Below the pieces are notes generated by a model, which worked only from the letters and a program-made list of their open reading frames with translations, did no database searches and was not told the DNA's origin. A DNA stretch of 63,927 nucleotides, from positions 14,819 to 78,745 of the forward strand of contig NW_004797630.1 of the NCBI RefSeq assembly GCF_000002075.1, read 5' to 3'. Position numbers and translations under genes: made by a program. This DNA is from Aplysia californica (lineage: Eukaryota). This document shows, piece after piece, positions 26,431-39,900 of this stretch (position 1 is its first letter; every line of letters begins with the position of its first letter).

Positions 26431-26670
26431 CCCTATCCGTACGCTCTGGGGTAATTTTGTACCCTCGGGGTTGTATTCTTCACTTTTTAGAATACTTCTA
26501 GTACGAAGATCTTTGTGAAACTTAGAGTGTTTTTCAAACAATCATTTTGACAGGCTGCTATGCAAAGCGTACGGATCGGATTAACGAGTAAATTTTTTCT
26601 TTAGAAAGTGGTGGCACAGAGTTCCCCATGTCGTACGGATACGATAGTAAAACACGACATACGGGTAGGG
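26431..26670. mobile_element. piggyBac-type MITE
   Basis: TTAA|CCCTATCCGTACG ... CATACGGGTAGGG|TTAA. Confidence 0.75.
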
Positions 26671-28181
26671 TTAAGTTCTTGTTTTAATGATATAATGGTT
26701 ATGCTCACTAAAAAAGTGGTTTAGATTCCCACTTGGGATAGCATATCATTATCAATAATATTGATTGTGTCAAGCACAAACGGGCTATTTTCTATATTTT
26801 TTAAATTACCGGTACTTCTTAAAAAAAACAACCCAGCTTTGTTTCCAGTTCGAGAAGATCTTTCATAAGGTGTACTAACATCTAGTTCAGTTGAATTGTC
26901 AGTGTCTGATTCCAGCCATGAACCCGCCAATAATTAGGTCAATTACTTTTTTGGTGTTAAATTATATTTGCTCACAACTAAAGCTCTATTTACGATATTG
27001 TAAGATGTAAAAAGAATTCCCTACGCAAAATTTTGAGAAATTTTGATAGATATTAAAAAAGATATTACATTTTTTTAAACAGTTTTCTGGAAATAAATGT
27101 TGATGCAATGAGTCGGACATTGACAAAATACTTTTTAATTCTTATCTTTCCTACACATGTATGTGTTCACAAAACCTGATGACTCAGCATTTACGTTTAC
27201 TTTTCTGACGTAGTTTTTCATTTCTTCTGAAAAAAAATGAGCTTGCATGGATTTGGCCTGTTTGTGTTAGACACTGTCAATATATATATATATATNNNNN
27301 NNNNNNNNNNNNNNNNNNNNNNNNNNNNNNNNNNNNNNNNNNNNNNNNNNNNNNNNNNNNNNNNNNNNNNNNNNNNNNNNNNNNNNNNNNNNNNNNNNNN
27401 NNNNNNNNNNNNNNNNNNNNNNNNNNNNNNNNNNNNNNNNNNNNNNNNNNNNNNNNNNNNNNNNNNNNNNNNNNNNNNNNNNNNNNNNNNNNNNNNNNNN
27501 NNNNNNNNNNNNNNNNNNNNNNNNNNNNNNNNNNNNNNNNNNNNNNNNNNNNNNNNNNNNNNNNNNNNNNNNNNNNNNNNNNNNNNNNNNNNNNNNNNNN
27601 NNNNNNNTATATATGGAAAAGTCACAAACCAAAAGTTGTGAGGGCATCAATTTTGAACGCTAGTTGACTCAGAACTGTAGTTCTGTTCAACTGTTGGTTG
27701 ATTATTGTTGGTAGATTTCCCATCCAGCAAACATTTATAGCAATAAACCACCAGTCAAACAAATATGAAGTTATGATTCCACAAGCTTTTAAAATTGCCC
27801 CCCTCACAATGTCCAGTTTGTGACTGCGCCCGTTTCTCCCGTGCACTGCTTGGGAAAGGTGGCACTTTACACGAACTTCCCACTTGGCTCGGTCCTATCG
27901 GAGACGGACTTTAAATTTAAACTAGGAGGTCCCGCCCCTTAAATAACCTAATAGTGTTGATAGGGGCGTTAAACCCATACCATTTCACCATTTTCACCCG
28001 TGCACTCCCCATATATATGTATTGTTGCGTGGAGTACTGTACCATTGTCTTTCAGCTGGGATATAAAAAATCCCACTCAACCCAGGTTGAGGTTAGCACT
28101 GACACAAAGGATCAAAGCAGCCTGCCTCCTACATGTTCTAAATGATGTGGACAGGGAGGAGGGAGACTTCAGAGGCTTAGT

Positions 28182-28445
28182 CTGTCCCCGTCGTTTTATG
28201 CAAGAAAAATTCTGAAATTATGCAAACTGAGCCCAAAAATGTGAAATTATGCTATTTAAAATTTTTTATTTTTTTTATAGTAGAGGGTTTTACGGCGCTT
28301 GAAACTGCATAAGGTCATATGAGCGCTTAAATTATGCGATTCTGTTAATTTTAACAAAGTATGATAAAGGAAAATAATCAGAAATTATGCAAAAAATTAT
28401 CAAATTTTGCTAAATTATGCGGGGTGCATAAAACCACGGGGACAG
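28182..28445. mobile_element. CTGTCCC-terminus MITE with 6-bp TSD (CTTAGT); copies at 35067-35248 and 56161-56341, longer relative at 25487-26157
   Basis: CTGTCCCCGT..TTTTATGCA / TGCATAAAAC..CGGGGACAG and repeated internal AAATTATGC motifs. Confidence 0.85.
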
Positions 28446-28522
28446 CTTAGTTAGTGGTCTGTGGGCTCAGGTTTGCACAAATCGCAGGGTAGCAGCTCCT
28501 GTATCATAACTCGAAGATTGGG

Positions 28523-28740
28523 GGAAATCACTTTTATTTTACGATATGTTCCAGGGCATTTGGTTTGGAAAATCACTTTTATTTTACGATATGTTCCAGG
28601 GCATTTGGTTTGGAAAATCACTTTTATTTTACGATATGTTCCAGGGCATTTGGTTTGGAAAATCACTTTTATTTTACGATATGTTCCAGGGCATTTGGAA
28701 AATCACTTTTATTTTACGATATGTTCCAGGGCATTTGGAA
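28523..28740. repeat. 45-bp tandem repeat, about 5 copies
   Basis: AAATCACTTTTATTTTACGATATGTTCCAGGGCATTTGGTTTGGA. Confidence 0.95.
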
Positions 28741-28759
28741 GGGGCTGATGCCCTGTAAA

Positions 28760-30045
28760 AAACTCAGAATTGTGCAATTATTTTGTGAAAATACACATTA
28801 AATTGTAAATATATTAATGTTATTGTTGATGGATATATTGCTTGGTAGCAGCTCAAGTATCGTACCTCGAAAATTTGGCGAAAATCACTTTTATTTTATG
28901 TTATGTTCCACGGCAATGGAAAGGGGCGCACGCCCTACTGTAGAAGTAAAAAACTTCAAAATTGTGCAATTATTTTGTGAAAATACACATTAACCCTTTG
29001 AGCCCTGACCTCTTGAGGCTACATTACATGGACCACATTCCATAATATTCCACTCAGGGTAGTCCTTGTCACTACCACTACGCTACTAAATCAGAAAGTA
29101 GAAAGATCTTCAAAATAAATATTATAATCAATAATGTCCTGTGGAATAAACACTGTATTCTGTGCGTGTTTTGTCCCAGACAAGCCGAGTTGAGGATAGG
29201 GTCTTGCTCACCCGTGCACTGCTGGCTAGGCATACAGGCTCAAAGGGTTCAATTGTTACTAACTGTATTGTTGATGGTTATATTGACGAGGAGCAGCCAA
29301 CTATCATAACTGGGGGATTTGGTGAAAACCACTTTTTAACATAATATTCTAGGGCACTGGGAAAGGGTGCACGCCCTGTAAGACTCTCTGAAGTGTGCAA
29401 TTATTTTGTGAAAATACACATTAAATTATAACTCTATGTATGTTATTGTTGATGGATATATTGCCTGGTAGCAGCTCAAGTATCCTAACTCGAAGATTTG
29501 GCGAAAATCACTTTTATTTTACGTTGTGTTCCACGGCACTTGGAAAACAAAAGTAAAAACCTCAGAATTGTGCAATTATTTTGTGAAAGAACACATTAAC
29601 CCTTTGAGCCCTGACCTCTTGAGGCTACATGGACCACATTCCATAATATTCCACTCAGGGTAGTCCTTGTCACTACCACTACGCTACTAAATCAGAAAGA
29701 TCTTCTAAATCAATATAATCAATAATGTCCTGTGGAATAAACACTGTATTCTGTGCGTGTTTTGGCCCAGACAAGCGGGGTTTGGGATAGGGTCTTGCTC
29801 ACTGGTGTACCGCTGGCTAGGCATACAGGCTCAAAGGGTTAAACTGTAACTGTATTGTTGACGGGTATATTGGCGGGGAGCAGCCAACTATCATAACTGG
29901 GGGATTTGGTGAAAACCACTTTTTTACATTATATTATATTCCAAACACTGGGAAGGGGCGCATGGACTGTAAAGACCTCAGAATCGTGCAATTATTTTGT
30001 GAAAATACACATTGAATCGCAACTCTTGGTATTGTTCATGGATAT
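28760..30045. repeat. About 610-bp tandem segmental duplication that includes a piggyBac-type MITE
   Basis: 28770-29380 matches 29390-29980. Confidence 0.85.
29600..29838. mobile_element. piggyBac-type MITE; duplicate at 28994-29247
   Basis: TTAA|CCCTTTGAGCC ... GGCTCAAAGGG|TTAA. Confidence 0.8.
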
Positions 30046-30179
30046 AGTAGGCCTACTGTGGTAGTGTAAAATCAGTATTTTACTCCTCGTGTAAAATTCG
30101 GAACCTCCCCACGAGTTACGATGATTATACTGCTACCGGTACCTTGCGAAATAGCATCAAGCAACGTTGATGACCATAT

Positions 30180-30615
30180 GTCTGTCTTCCCTCGTCAATA
30201 TCAGTCAGTCGTAAGACGCAGTGTACTATTATCCAGCTACGAGGCTCGAAAGTTAAAAAAGTGACTTTCCATGAAATTTTTATTTTTTTGGATCAACTGA
30301 AAGTTTTATGTCTTCTGCTTCATTTAAGAGAAAATAAAAAAACCCTATAAATTCCAAGTCTCTCTATCTCAATTCTAAGACCCCCCATTGCTATGGAAAC
30401 ATGTTGCTCAACTTCGGAGGCCATTTTCTCCTTTTCGTGTTTCCTCACCTCGCACAATTAAAAGTTCTGTATTTTCGTCAAATATGGTCATATTTACTTC
30501 TTTCTTGTTTTAAATTTTTGGGAAAAGGTGATAGTGTTTGAAAATAATGTGAACTCAGTTTTGAAATTTCCTTCGTATGAAGGCTGATATTGACCGGCAG
30601 GGACACATATAGCAT
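30180..30615. mobile_element. Non-autonomous DNA element; inverted copy at about 52933-53365
   Basis: About 400 bp shared in opposite orientation, with imperfect TIRs (GTCAATATCAG / CTGATATTGAC). Confidence 0.7.
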
Positions 30616-32246
30616 ATTTCGGTGGGTGGTTACTTGAGTTTTTGTGTCCCTGGGCGCGACCGTTGGCATATAATTATACGACCATAAGGTGAAACATAGT
30701 GCCACACTACTGTTGTTACTCACAGTAGCACCCAGCTGTGACAGATTGCTACTGTTTTTGTTGCTTGTATTATGTTGTTATTACTTACTTGTGTTATATT
30801 ATTGAATTTTGAAATAAATTCTTGTCTTGTCGTTGTCTCAGAACTATTTTGTCCAAAGTGGACTCCGTAGTTAAGTAGGCCTACACTTTGGACCAAATAA
30901 TTCTGAGGCGACGATCATGTAAAAAGAACATCTCACATTGAGAATTAGTGGAGTTGTCTTTTTACATTTCTTTTTAAAAGATTTACGTTGGTTTGAAAAG
31001 GAGGGCCTTTGTTTCTACTGTCAGTTCAGTTGGTATCCATATATATATACCATGTTGGCCTACAAAACAGATGACCCTGATTGAAACGGGTTCGAGTCCC
31101 CAACAGGGTGTTCATGGAATCTGGTTGTTTGTGAAGGTTTTAGGGCTTTCTATCCATTTGGCTCTTTCATTTCAGTCAGAGACAGGATGTTCAATTCAGA
31201 GGTCCGGCCTCTTAACACTTTGCCGTCACACATCTCGCCGATCGGCGATGTTTGTCACCCACTTTCTTTGGATTTCCCAAAAATGCCAGTGGTGATAGCA
31301 AGGGTTTTTACTAAATGATCCTTTTGATGGCAGTGTTAAACAACCTAAAAAGTGTTGAATGGGGCGTTAAACCCTTACACTGAGTATTTTGAGAGTGACA
31401 GGTGACAGACGAGGTGGAGTAGCCAGCCTCCCAAATTATCTTGATCATTTCAGTAAAGAGAAGCAAGTAGGCTACATTGACACAATAATGGTCATTTAGT
31501 GCTTGGAAAAAATATATAGAAACAACAGAGGGAAATTAAAAAAAAAAAATATTTCGTAGAATGATACCAACAAAAATAGTAAAACATCCGAGCCTTTGTA
31601 GCAATGTCACATTTTTTTTTATTCAGACACAAACGTTGAGAAAGAAGATATTGGGGGAAAAAAAATCCCCAACAACATACAAATCTTTGAAACAATGAGT
31701 TTGTTGTACATGTACTACAGAAATCAATGGACATTTGCAACAACAAAAACAAGTTCTGGTAATTCATGCCAGAGTCAGAGCACGCATGATGAACAAGACA
31801 ACAGATCAAACATTTCCTCACAGGGGTGAACGTATAACACACTTAAAATAAACACATGTTCAGGCACACACATGATCTTAAACACTTTAACAAACTTGTT
31901 TTTCAGGTAGGCAGGCCTACATTATAATTTTTCTCTCTTTCACACTTCAAATACTCATGATTATATATTTTCTAAAAATAAAAACAAAAAAAACCCCCGC
32001 CCTCTCATTCACCATCTATTCATTTCTTCCAGTTTCAGTCACAACTGGTTCACCCTCTCTCTCTCTCTCTCTCTCTCTATCAGCTGATTCCCTCTCCCTT
32101 GCCCCACTGCAATGTTATCTCATCTCCCCCCAGGACCGGGGTGGAGGGGAGGGGAGGGGTGAGGTCAGAGGTCACATACTGCTCCACTTGCCCTGTCACG
32201 ACGTCATTTCACACTCGGTTCACGGTCTGGTCATAGGGCACGACAT

Positions 32247-32330
32247 TCATTCGTACCCCCTGAGGAAAAGAATTTTAAAATGATAGCACTCAAAATAAAA
32301 ATTTATGAAGTAACAAGTCAAATATGATAG

Positions 32331-32364
<34 letters not shown>

Positions 32365-35300
32365 TTTTATAGGCCTATATATAGATGAAAAAGTTATACA
32401 TGAACAGTAACAGAGTCGTACAATAGTACATAAAATATTCAAAGGAATCTGTACGAGAAAATATTTGGAGTTACAGAAAACTAGTTTTAAATACAGGAAG
32501 AAAATGTTTGAAGTAAGAGACAGATCACAAATATTGTATTTACTATTTGTTAAATGAGTTAAAGTCTTTCATCACCTGTTCTACACACTATGGACCTTGA
32601 GGAGTAGGTGGTTCAGAGAATGCAGTATTTTACTAAAGTTTACATCGTGACTTTTTAGTTTTAGTATGAGTTTTATATGGCACTTGCAAGACAATAAGGT
32701 CATATAAGTGCCGAAGAATCGATATGTGTTACAAGAGAGTAACATACACAAAAAAGAAGGAGGGGAGATAAGGACGACAGATGTTTGATAGATATCTAAG
32801 ATAGTAGGAAAGAAGGAGCAAACCACACCAGAGCACCTGCCAACCACCCAAAATGCATTATTTTAGTAAAGTTTACCCCATGACTTGAGAGGTTCCTTCT
32901 CACATCATGCCCCAGAAAATAAGGTATTCGAAACAAACCACCACCCCCTCCCAACAAATTAAAAGACTAATGGTGGTGATGAGAAATGAAAATGACAATA
33001 AAAATAATAAGGAAGGGACAAACCAAAATCTCCAGTGGAATGTAAATATAATATACAGTATAACACAGATCGCTCGAATTCGTCCGGACCGTCCTCTGTA
33101 GATCGAGGGATATCTTACGCTTACAAAGAGATAAATATGGGGGGGAAAAAAGGGACCGCAGGCACAGTTCGACAGATGCATGATTTCTAGTCTTCTGTGT
33201 TCGACCTATCCGTGTTATACTGTATATATATGCACACACAGTGAAGTTTAGTTTTAGTTTTAGTAAGAGTTTTACGGCACTTGCAACACAATAAGGTCAT
33301 AAAAGTGCCGAAGATTAGAGGTGTTACAAGAGAGTAACAAACACAAAAGAGAAGGAGGGGAGATAGAGACGATAATTTTTTTTATAGGAAAGAAGGAGCA
33401 AACCACACTAGAGCACCCGCCAACCACCCACACAGTGACGTTTATCTCCGACAAAATCGTTGAGTCCGTGACTGACAAAAATGTTTGACTCATCCATAAT
33501 TCAGGTAAATCGATAATTCTGGGTACCGTAACGAAAAATAAATTAAATAGAAGCCTGTAACACGGGATTTACACAAACAGAACATTGACATGAAGTTGAA
33601 CACCCCCCAAAAAAAATAGAATAAAATAAAAAGCAACCCCAGCAAACAGATCACCCCCCCCCCCCCCCCCAAAAAAAAACAACAACCCCGCAACCAAAAC
33701 AACAAAAAACCTGACTTTGACAGATGGAAACACATCCTTAGGCCAAAATGACATCTACTCCACCACTACTTGTGGGAAATATTGTGAAAATGACAGAAGT
33801 GTCCTACCATTATAGGCTACCACAGACACTGGTACAAAAAGTGTCAACCCCACACAAAGAGCATTCAGCTGTCACAGAAAACGAAAGGAAAAACAAGAAA
33901 GAGCAGATACAGTGCAGCCTTTCTATAACGACATTATCGGGACAATAAAAAAAAATGTTATAAATTATAAAGAGGCAACCAAAACTTACTAATGATATCT
34001 AAGGAAAAAATCTGGACCAGGGCACCATGTCGCTATACTATAATACAGAGGATGTCGTTATAGAGAGGCTGCACTGGAATTCTTCCACTGATTTCATAAT
34101 ATATATATCGACTGTTGTTTTGTGGGAAAACTCCCATCATAAAATGCCATTTTGAAAAGTGACATAATATGATGGAGCCATACACTGAGAAGTCGATATA
34201 TATATATTTATACATAATTATGACGGATATGTCGTTCATTGACAGAGAACCTCAGTTTAATAATACGACACTGACAGGTAGACAGACAGACGTAACTGAT
34301 AAGGGGAGGAGGAGGAACTGGATGATGATGATGATGATGATGAATGTTCCTGATGAAGCCATACAGCGAAATGTTGAACATATATTATATAACAATATAT
34401 TTTGGAAATCCTACCAAGTCTCAACCTTTTTAATTCTTTATTTACAACGAAGGGGGGGGGGGGGGGGGGGGGGGGGGCAAAAAAAAAAATTTTCCCCCTC
34501 CCGGGGCCCCCCCCCCCGGGGAAAAGAAAAAAAAGAAGGTTTTTCCAAGGGGGGGGGGGGGGGGGGGGAGCAGAGAAGGACATGTTCCGACTGCAGTGAC
34601 CCCAACACAGCGGACAAGTAAGACAAGTAAGTATTTACAATGATGATGATGATGATGATGAAATAGTATCTACCAGCAGAGTAGGCCTACAATGTACCAT
34701 GTCTACTGGCCAACCAAAAAGGTAAAACAAAGTAAATGTTTATAATACGGGGCCTACACATATATGACATCCTGTCCATAAATTCTGTTCTCAAATATCC
34801 CATTCCCATATGATATCACTACATGATAAATAAAAACAGTAAAGTTCAAACTACCGTATTCTTTTTCCTGGAAACAGACAATGATCAATCAAACAAATTA
34901 CATGACAGAAACAATACAATACATGAATTATTGTGTATGTTTGTGTGTGTGTGTGTGTGTAAGCATGAGGGTACACACAGACACCTACACACAATCACTT
35001 ACATTAACTTTTACTAAAAGTAAACAAATACTAAAAAAGACAAAACACATGAGTACGTTGGTTGGTCTGTCCCCGTGGTTTTATGCACCCCGCATAATTC
35101 AGCAAAATTTGATCATTTTTTGGGTATAATTTCAGATTATTTTCCTTTATCATTCTTTGTTAAAATTAACAGAATCGAATAAATTTCACATTTTTGGGCT
35201 CAGTTTGCATAATTTCAGAATTTTTCTTGCATAAAACGACGGGGACAGGTCGGAGTGAAGAGAAGCAACCAACCACTCACACTGAGAACATATAGGAACA

Positions 35301-36906
35301 AACAGCAAACAGACGTACACTCGTCTCTCCAGACACGCACCGTTTGGAATTATAGCATCAATTATATATAGAAACAGGATTTGTGCAGCACATATTCCTG
35401 TTTAAAAGCATGCTCTAAGCGCTTTACAATCTATATCATTACCCCAACAGACCCTAGTTATACAGTAAGAGTTTTACGGCACTTGCAACACCATAAGTTC
35501 ATCATATAAGTGCCGAAGATTAGAAGTGTTACAAGGGAGTAACAAACAAAATAAGAAGGAGGAGAGATCAGGACTATAGACGATAGGAAAGAAGGAGCGA
35601 ACCACACCAGAGCACCCGCCAACCACCCACCAACAGACCCTAGAACACTCTGAAACATTCTTGGCTAGTGAGCTTTCCACACGGCCAGCCACATTCACTC
35701 TTTTACTATGATACACCTATAACTATAAATAACAATATACGGGCCCGCTATCATCACACGATGAAGCATCTATTCTTAGATATACTCTATAAAATTCTGT
35801 CTCAAAACTCTGTTAAAAAAAACCCCCAGTACAGTTGTTTGTTTGTTTGTTTGTTTAGTATAGGGTTTTAAGGCGCTCGCAACTGCATAAGGTCATATGA
35901 GCGCGCGGGACACACCAAATACTTTTTCGTTAGTAGGAAATTTTGAATTTTGCCCGGGTGGCGGCCGAAGCCTACTCTTATCGATTTTAGACCACCAAGG
36001 GATCTTTAACGTGNNNNNNNNNNNNNNNNNNNNNNNNNNNNNNNNNNNNNNNNNNNNNNNNNNNNNNNNNNNNNNNNNNNNNNNNNNNNNNNNNNNNNNN
36101 NNNNNNNNNNNNNATATATATATAACAAACAAACCCAACAAAAGCAGACAATGACAACCCTACACACACACAAATATACAGGACAGACTCACTTGATCAT
36201 GTGGGCAATCTCCCAGTTGGGCTGAGACTTGATGGGTCCCCGCAGGTCAACGCCGTCCTTGGTCACAACAGCCACTTGGTACTGAAAACAAAACAGAGAA
36301 AAGTGTTGGAATGAAATTCCCAGGGCAAGAAATCAAGATATGACAAACAAAAAATAGATTACATGTTTTGTTTTTTTTCAACTATAGATTCTATCTTGAT
36401 CTCAATAATGGAATAGCGGATCAGGATCAAAATACCGGAAATACTGGATAAAAGCAGAAAAGTGGCATCCCTGCATTATCAGGAGGCTAGCCTGGGAAAG
36501 GTGAACAGTATTTCTTTGTGGAACATAGGCTACCCCAGATACAATATGAAAAAGAAAGGAGAAAAAAAAAATTGTAATTGTAAATGTAAAATTGTAATTG
36601 TAATTTGTTTGTAAAGTTACGTTTTACGGCCTCTGCCACCTATCAACACAGTCTTTTTCGTCTGTTAAGTTAATGCCCCCTCTCCTTGCCACAGCAGGCA
36701 TCCATGTTCCCTCGTCTCTGCTTTTACGACATCTTCCACACAAATTAGACAATACAGGAAGTGGGTGGGCTGCTTCAAACCTCACCTGTCAGGGCCAATG
36801 AAGGCAAAGAGGAATACAACATCACAGCACTTAATAACTTGCTCTGCCCTCCTCCCCTAATCTGAATGTTGCGTCGCCCAGGCATCCCAAGAGGGGGGGA
36901 AGGAGG

Positions 36907-36958
<52 letters not shown>

Positions 36959-39900
36959 GAAAAAAAGAGGTGGAGGGGGAGAGGGACAGAGAGAAAGAGA
37001 CAGGGTAAAAGGATGAAAATTTCTGTTGCCTCCGAAACACTGTTTTTTTCCCCCCAACAAGTCCCCGAAGGACCACCATCCCCTCAATACTACCACCGCT
37101 ACACCACTGACCTTGTTGAGGGAGCGAGCGTCTCTGTAGTAGAGCAGCTTCATGCAGCGGTCAATGAGTGCAAGAGCCTCCTCCTGGTTCATGTCTGGCT
37201 TCTTCTCCATCGTCTCGCGGATGATTGGCTGAAAAACATGCGCAAAAGATCGGCACACGATTGTCATCCTCCAGAATAAACAACCAGTATCTTTCTTATC
37301 CTTCTTCAGAAAAATCTTGGTCTGGGCTGAACACAACTTTGTGCATCCGACGACCTTACACAGCACGATCGATCCAGCCCAAACACAAAAATACACACGA
37401 GAACACAATAAACTGACACCCCCCCCCTAAAAAAAAACCCCAACCAAACTCCAAACCAATATAAGCATATTGATTGAAATATAATCTGTTAATTTTAGTT
37501 TTAATTATAAAAGTTTTACAGCACTTAAAACACAAATAGATCATACAAGTGCCAAATATTAAAGCTGTTACTAGTTAGTAATATTAATATACAAAGAAAA
37601 GAAGGAGAAGAGATAAGGACCATAGGCCCTAGATGTTTGATAAGAAAGAAGGAGCAAACTATACCAAAGCATCAGCCAACAACCACAGATAAAAGTAGGA
37701 AAAGCAAGAAAACAACATATTGGAAAAAAAAATAGGCAAACAATCCAACAAGCTTAACTTCCACAACACAGAGCAGGATGTAGCCTACTAGTTCCACGCT
37801 TGTCGAATTTTTTCAAAATTCAGTCATAGACACCTAGCATTCTACAGGGATGCCAAATAATTTTTGAAAAGAAAACCTGAAAATGAGCGGAGCATCACAT
37901 CTCACCTAAACCGAACCTTGTAAAGCTTTTAAATGAGCAAACAAAAACATATTCTCTCTTACCTCTCGCGGATGAAAAAAACCCGGACATTTGGCATCCC
38001 TCATTATAACATCAGACTGTGTAACAGCAATGAACAAATTTAAATAAAGTGGTACTGGTTTTGGTGCAGGGTATGTGATAAGGCTCTAAAAATTCTGGAC
38101 AGCCGAATCCAGGACAGTCCTGGGAAGTTCAGTACGGCTGGCAAGCTTGTAGTACTCTTTTTTTTTTTTATAGTAGAGGGTTTTACAGCGCTCGCAACTG
38201 CATAAGGTCATATGAGCGCCAAGGGGTGGGTGTCAACAAAGAAGTCTTTACAGGGAATCAGACTTACTCTGCTCACCTCTCTAGCTTCAACAGCACAAAG
38301 TCTGCTTCAACTATCAAGGCACCCCGGAAATAGCGGGTCACAAGAGAGTGACAAACATACAAAAGAAGTAGAGAAAAATGACAATAGTAAGGATAAGGAA
38401 AGAAAAAGCAGCAGTTCCCTGTTGTAGATCAGGCAGTTATGAGCGTGACATGATGAATCAGCCCATTTATAATTGTACGGTGCATGAACAAGAAATGTCC
38501 CCCCCTTTGGGAATGGCCTGAAGACACTACAAACTCACCAATGCCATGTAAGCTCCAAAGCCACAGGCCAGGGATGGGGCCTCGTACGCCATGCCGATCT
38601 TGTCTACATAGCCCAGGAATCTGTGCAGAGGGGGGAGGGGGTGGGGGGCAGAAAGTGGAATTGAAAGCAGACAACAGAACATTGTTAGAGATCAGGAAAG
38701 GATGTGAAAGGAGACAATTTTAGAGAAGAACAATTTTTGGTCGCTACCCGGAATTGAACCCGGGACATTTGAATGAGAGGCCAACACCTTAACCTCTAGG
38801 CCACGAGAGCCCCCTCAGTACAGTTGAGCACAGATAACTCAAACAAGACGGGAATAGACAAATGTGTTTGACACATCCATTATTCGGGTTAACCGATAAA
38901 AAAAATAATTAAAGAGATATCAGTTGGGAAATAGCAAATAGTACAAGCTATCCCTGTGATTTTCAATTTTCCGTCTTTTATTCATGTTATCTGTGCCCAA
39001 TTGTTGTATGCAAGAATGAGAAAAAATTACACAGCAATGGAGTTAATTCATATTCAGCAGAGTCCACTTAAACGGAACATGGTATATCCGAAAATAACAA
39101 AAAACGGAAAGAAAATATTTGAGCAACTTCTCTGAACTGAAAACCCAGCTGTACTGAAAAAAAATCTGACAACCTAACAGTCTTGCGGATTCCAGTTTAA
39201 GAGGACTCCAATTTAACATATAATTAATATATATATATATATATAACAAACAAACCCAACAAAAGCAGACAATGACAACCCTACACACACACAAATATAC
39301 AGGACAGACTCACTTGATCATGTGGGCAATCTCCCAGTTGGGCTGAGACTTGATGGGTCCCCGCAGGTCAACGCCGTCCTTGGTCACAACAGCCACTTGG
39401 TACTGAAAACAAAACAGAGAAAAGTGTTGGAATGAAATTCCCAGGGCAAGAAATCAAGATATGACAAACAAAAAATAGATTACATGTTTTGTTTTTTTTC
39501 AACTATAGATTCTATCTTGATCTCAATAATGGAATAGCGGATCAGGATCAAAATACCGGAAATACTGGATAAAAGCAGAAAAGTGGCATCCCTGCATTAT
39601 CAGGAGGCTAGCCTGGGAAAGGTGAACAGTATTTCTTTGTGGAACATAGGCTACCCCAGATACAATATGAAAAAGAAAGGAGAAAAAAAAAATTGTAATT
39701 GTAAATGTAAAATTGTAATTGTAATTTGTTTGTAAAGTTACGTTTTACGGCCTCTGCCACCTATCAACACAGTCTTTTTCGTCTGTTAAGTTAATGCCCC
39801 CTCTCCTTGCCACAGCAGGCATCCATGTTCCCTCGTCTCTGCTTTTACGACATCTTCCACACAAATTAGACAATACAGGAAGTGGGTGGGCTGCTTCAAA

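Noticed and set aside
27177-27200. Other CTGATGA boxes (27177, 60976) as hammerheads or C/D snoRNAs
   Set aside because: No stem II plus GAAA and no closing stems found.
28523-28740. CRISPR-like array
   Set aside because: Head-to-tail identical units with no unique spacers, eukaryotic context and no cas genes. The same applies to the other arrays.
32247-32249. Selenocysteine or readthrough at TGA stops of PSMB4, HDHD2 and the exonuclease
   Set aside because: The stops fall at the expected family C-termini and I saw no SECIS-like structure.
34452-34568. Poly-G/poly-C tract as a G-quadruplex or Gly/Pro-rich ORF
   Set aside because: The homopolymer mosaic looks like low-quality gap-fill sequence.
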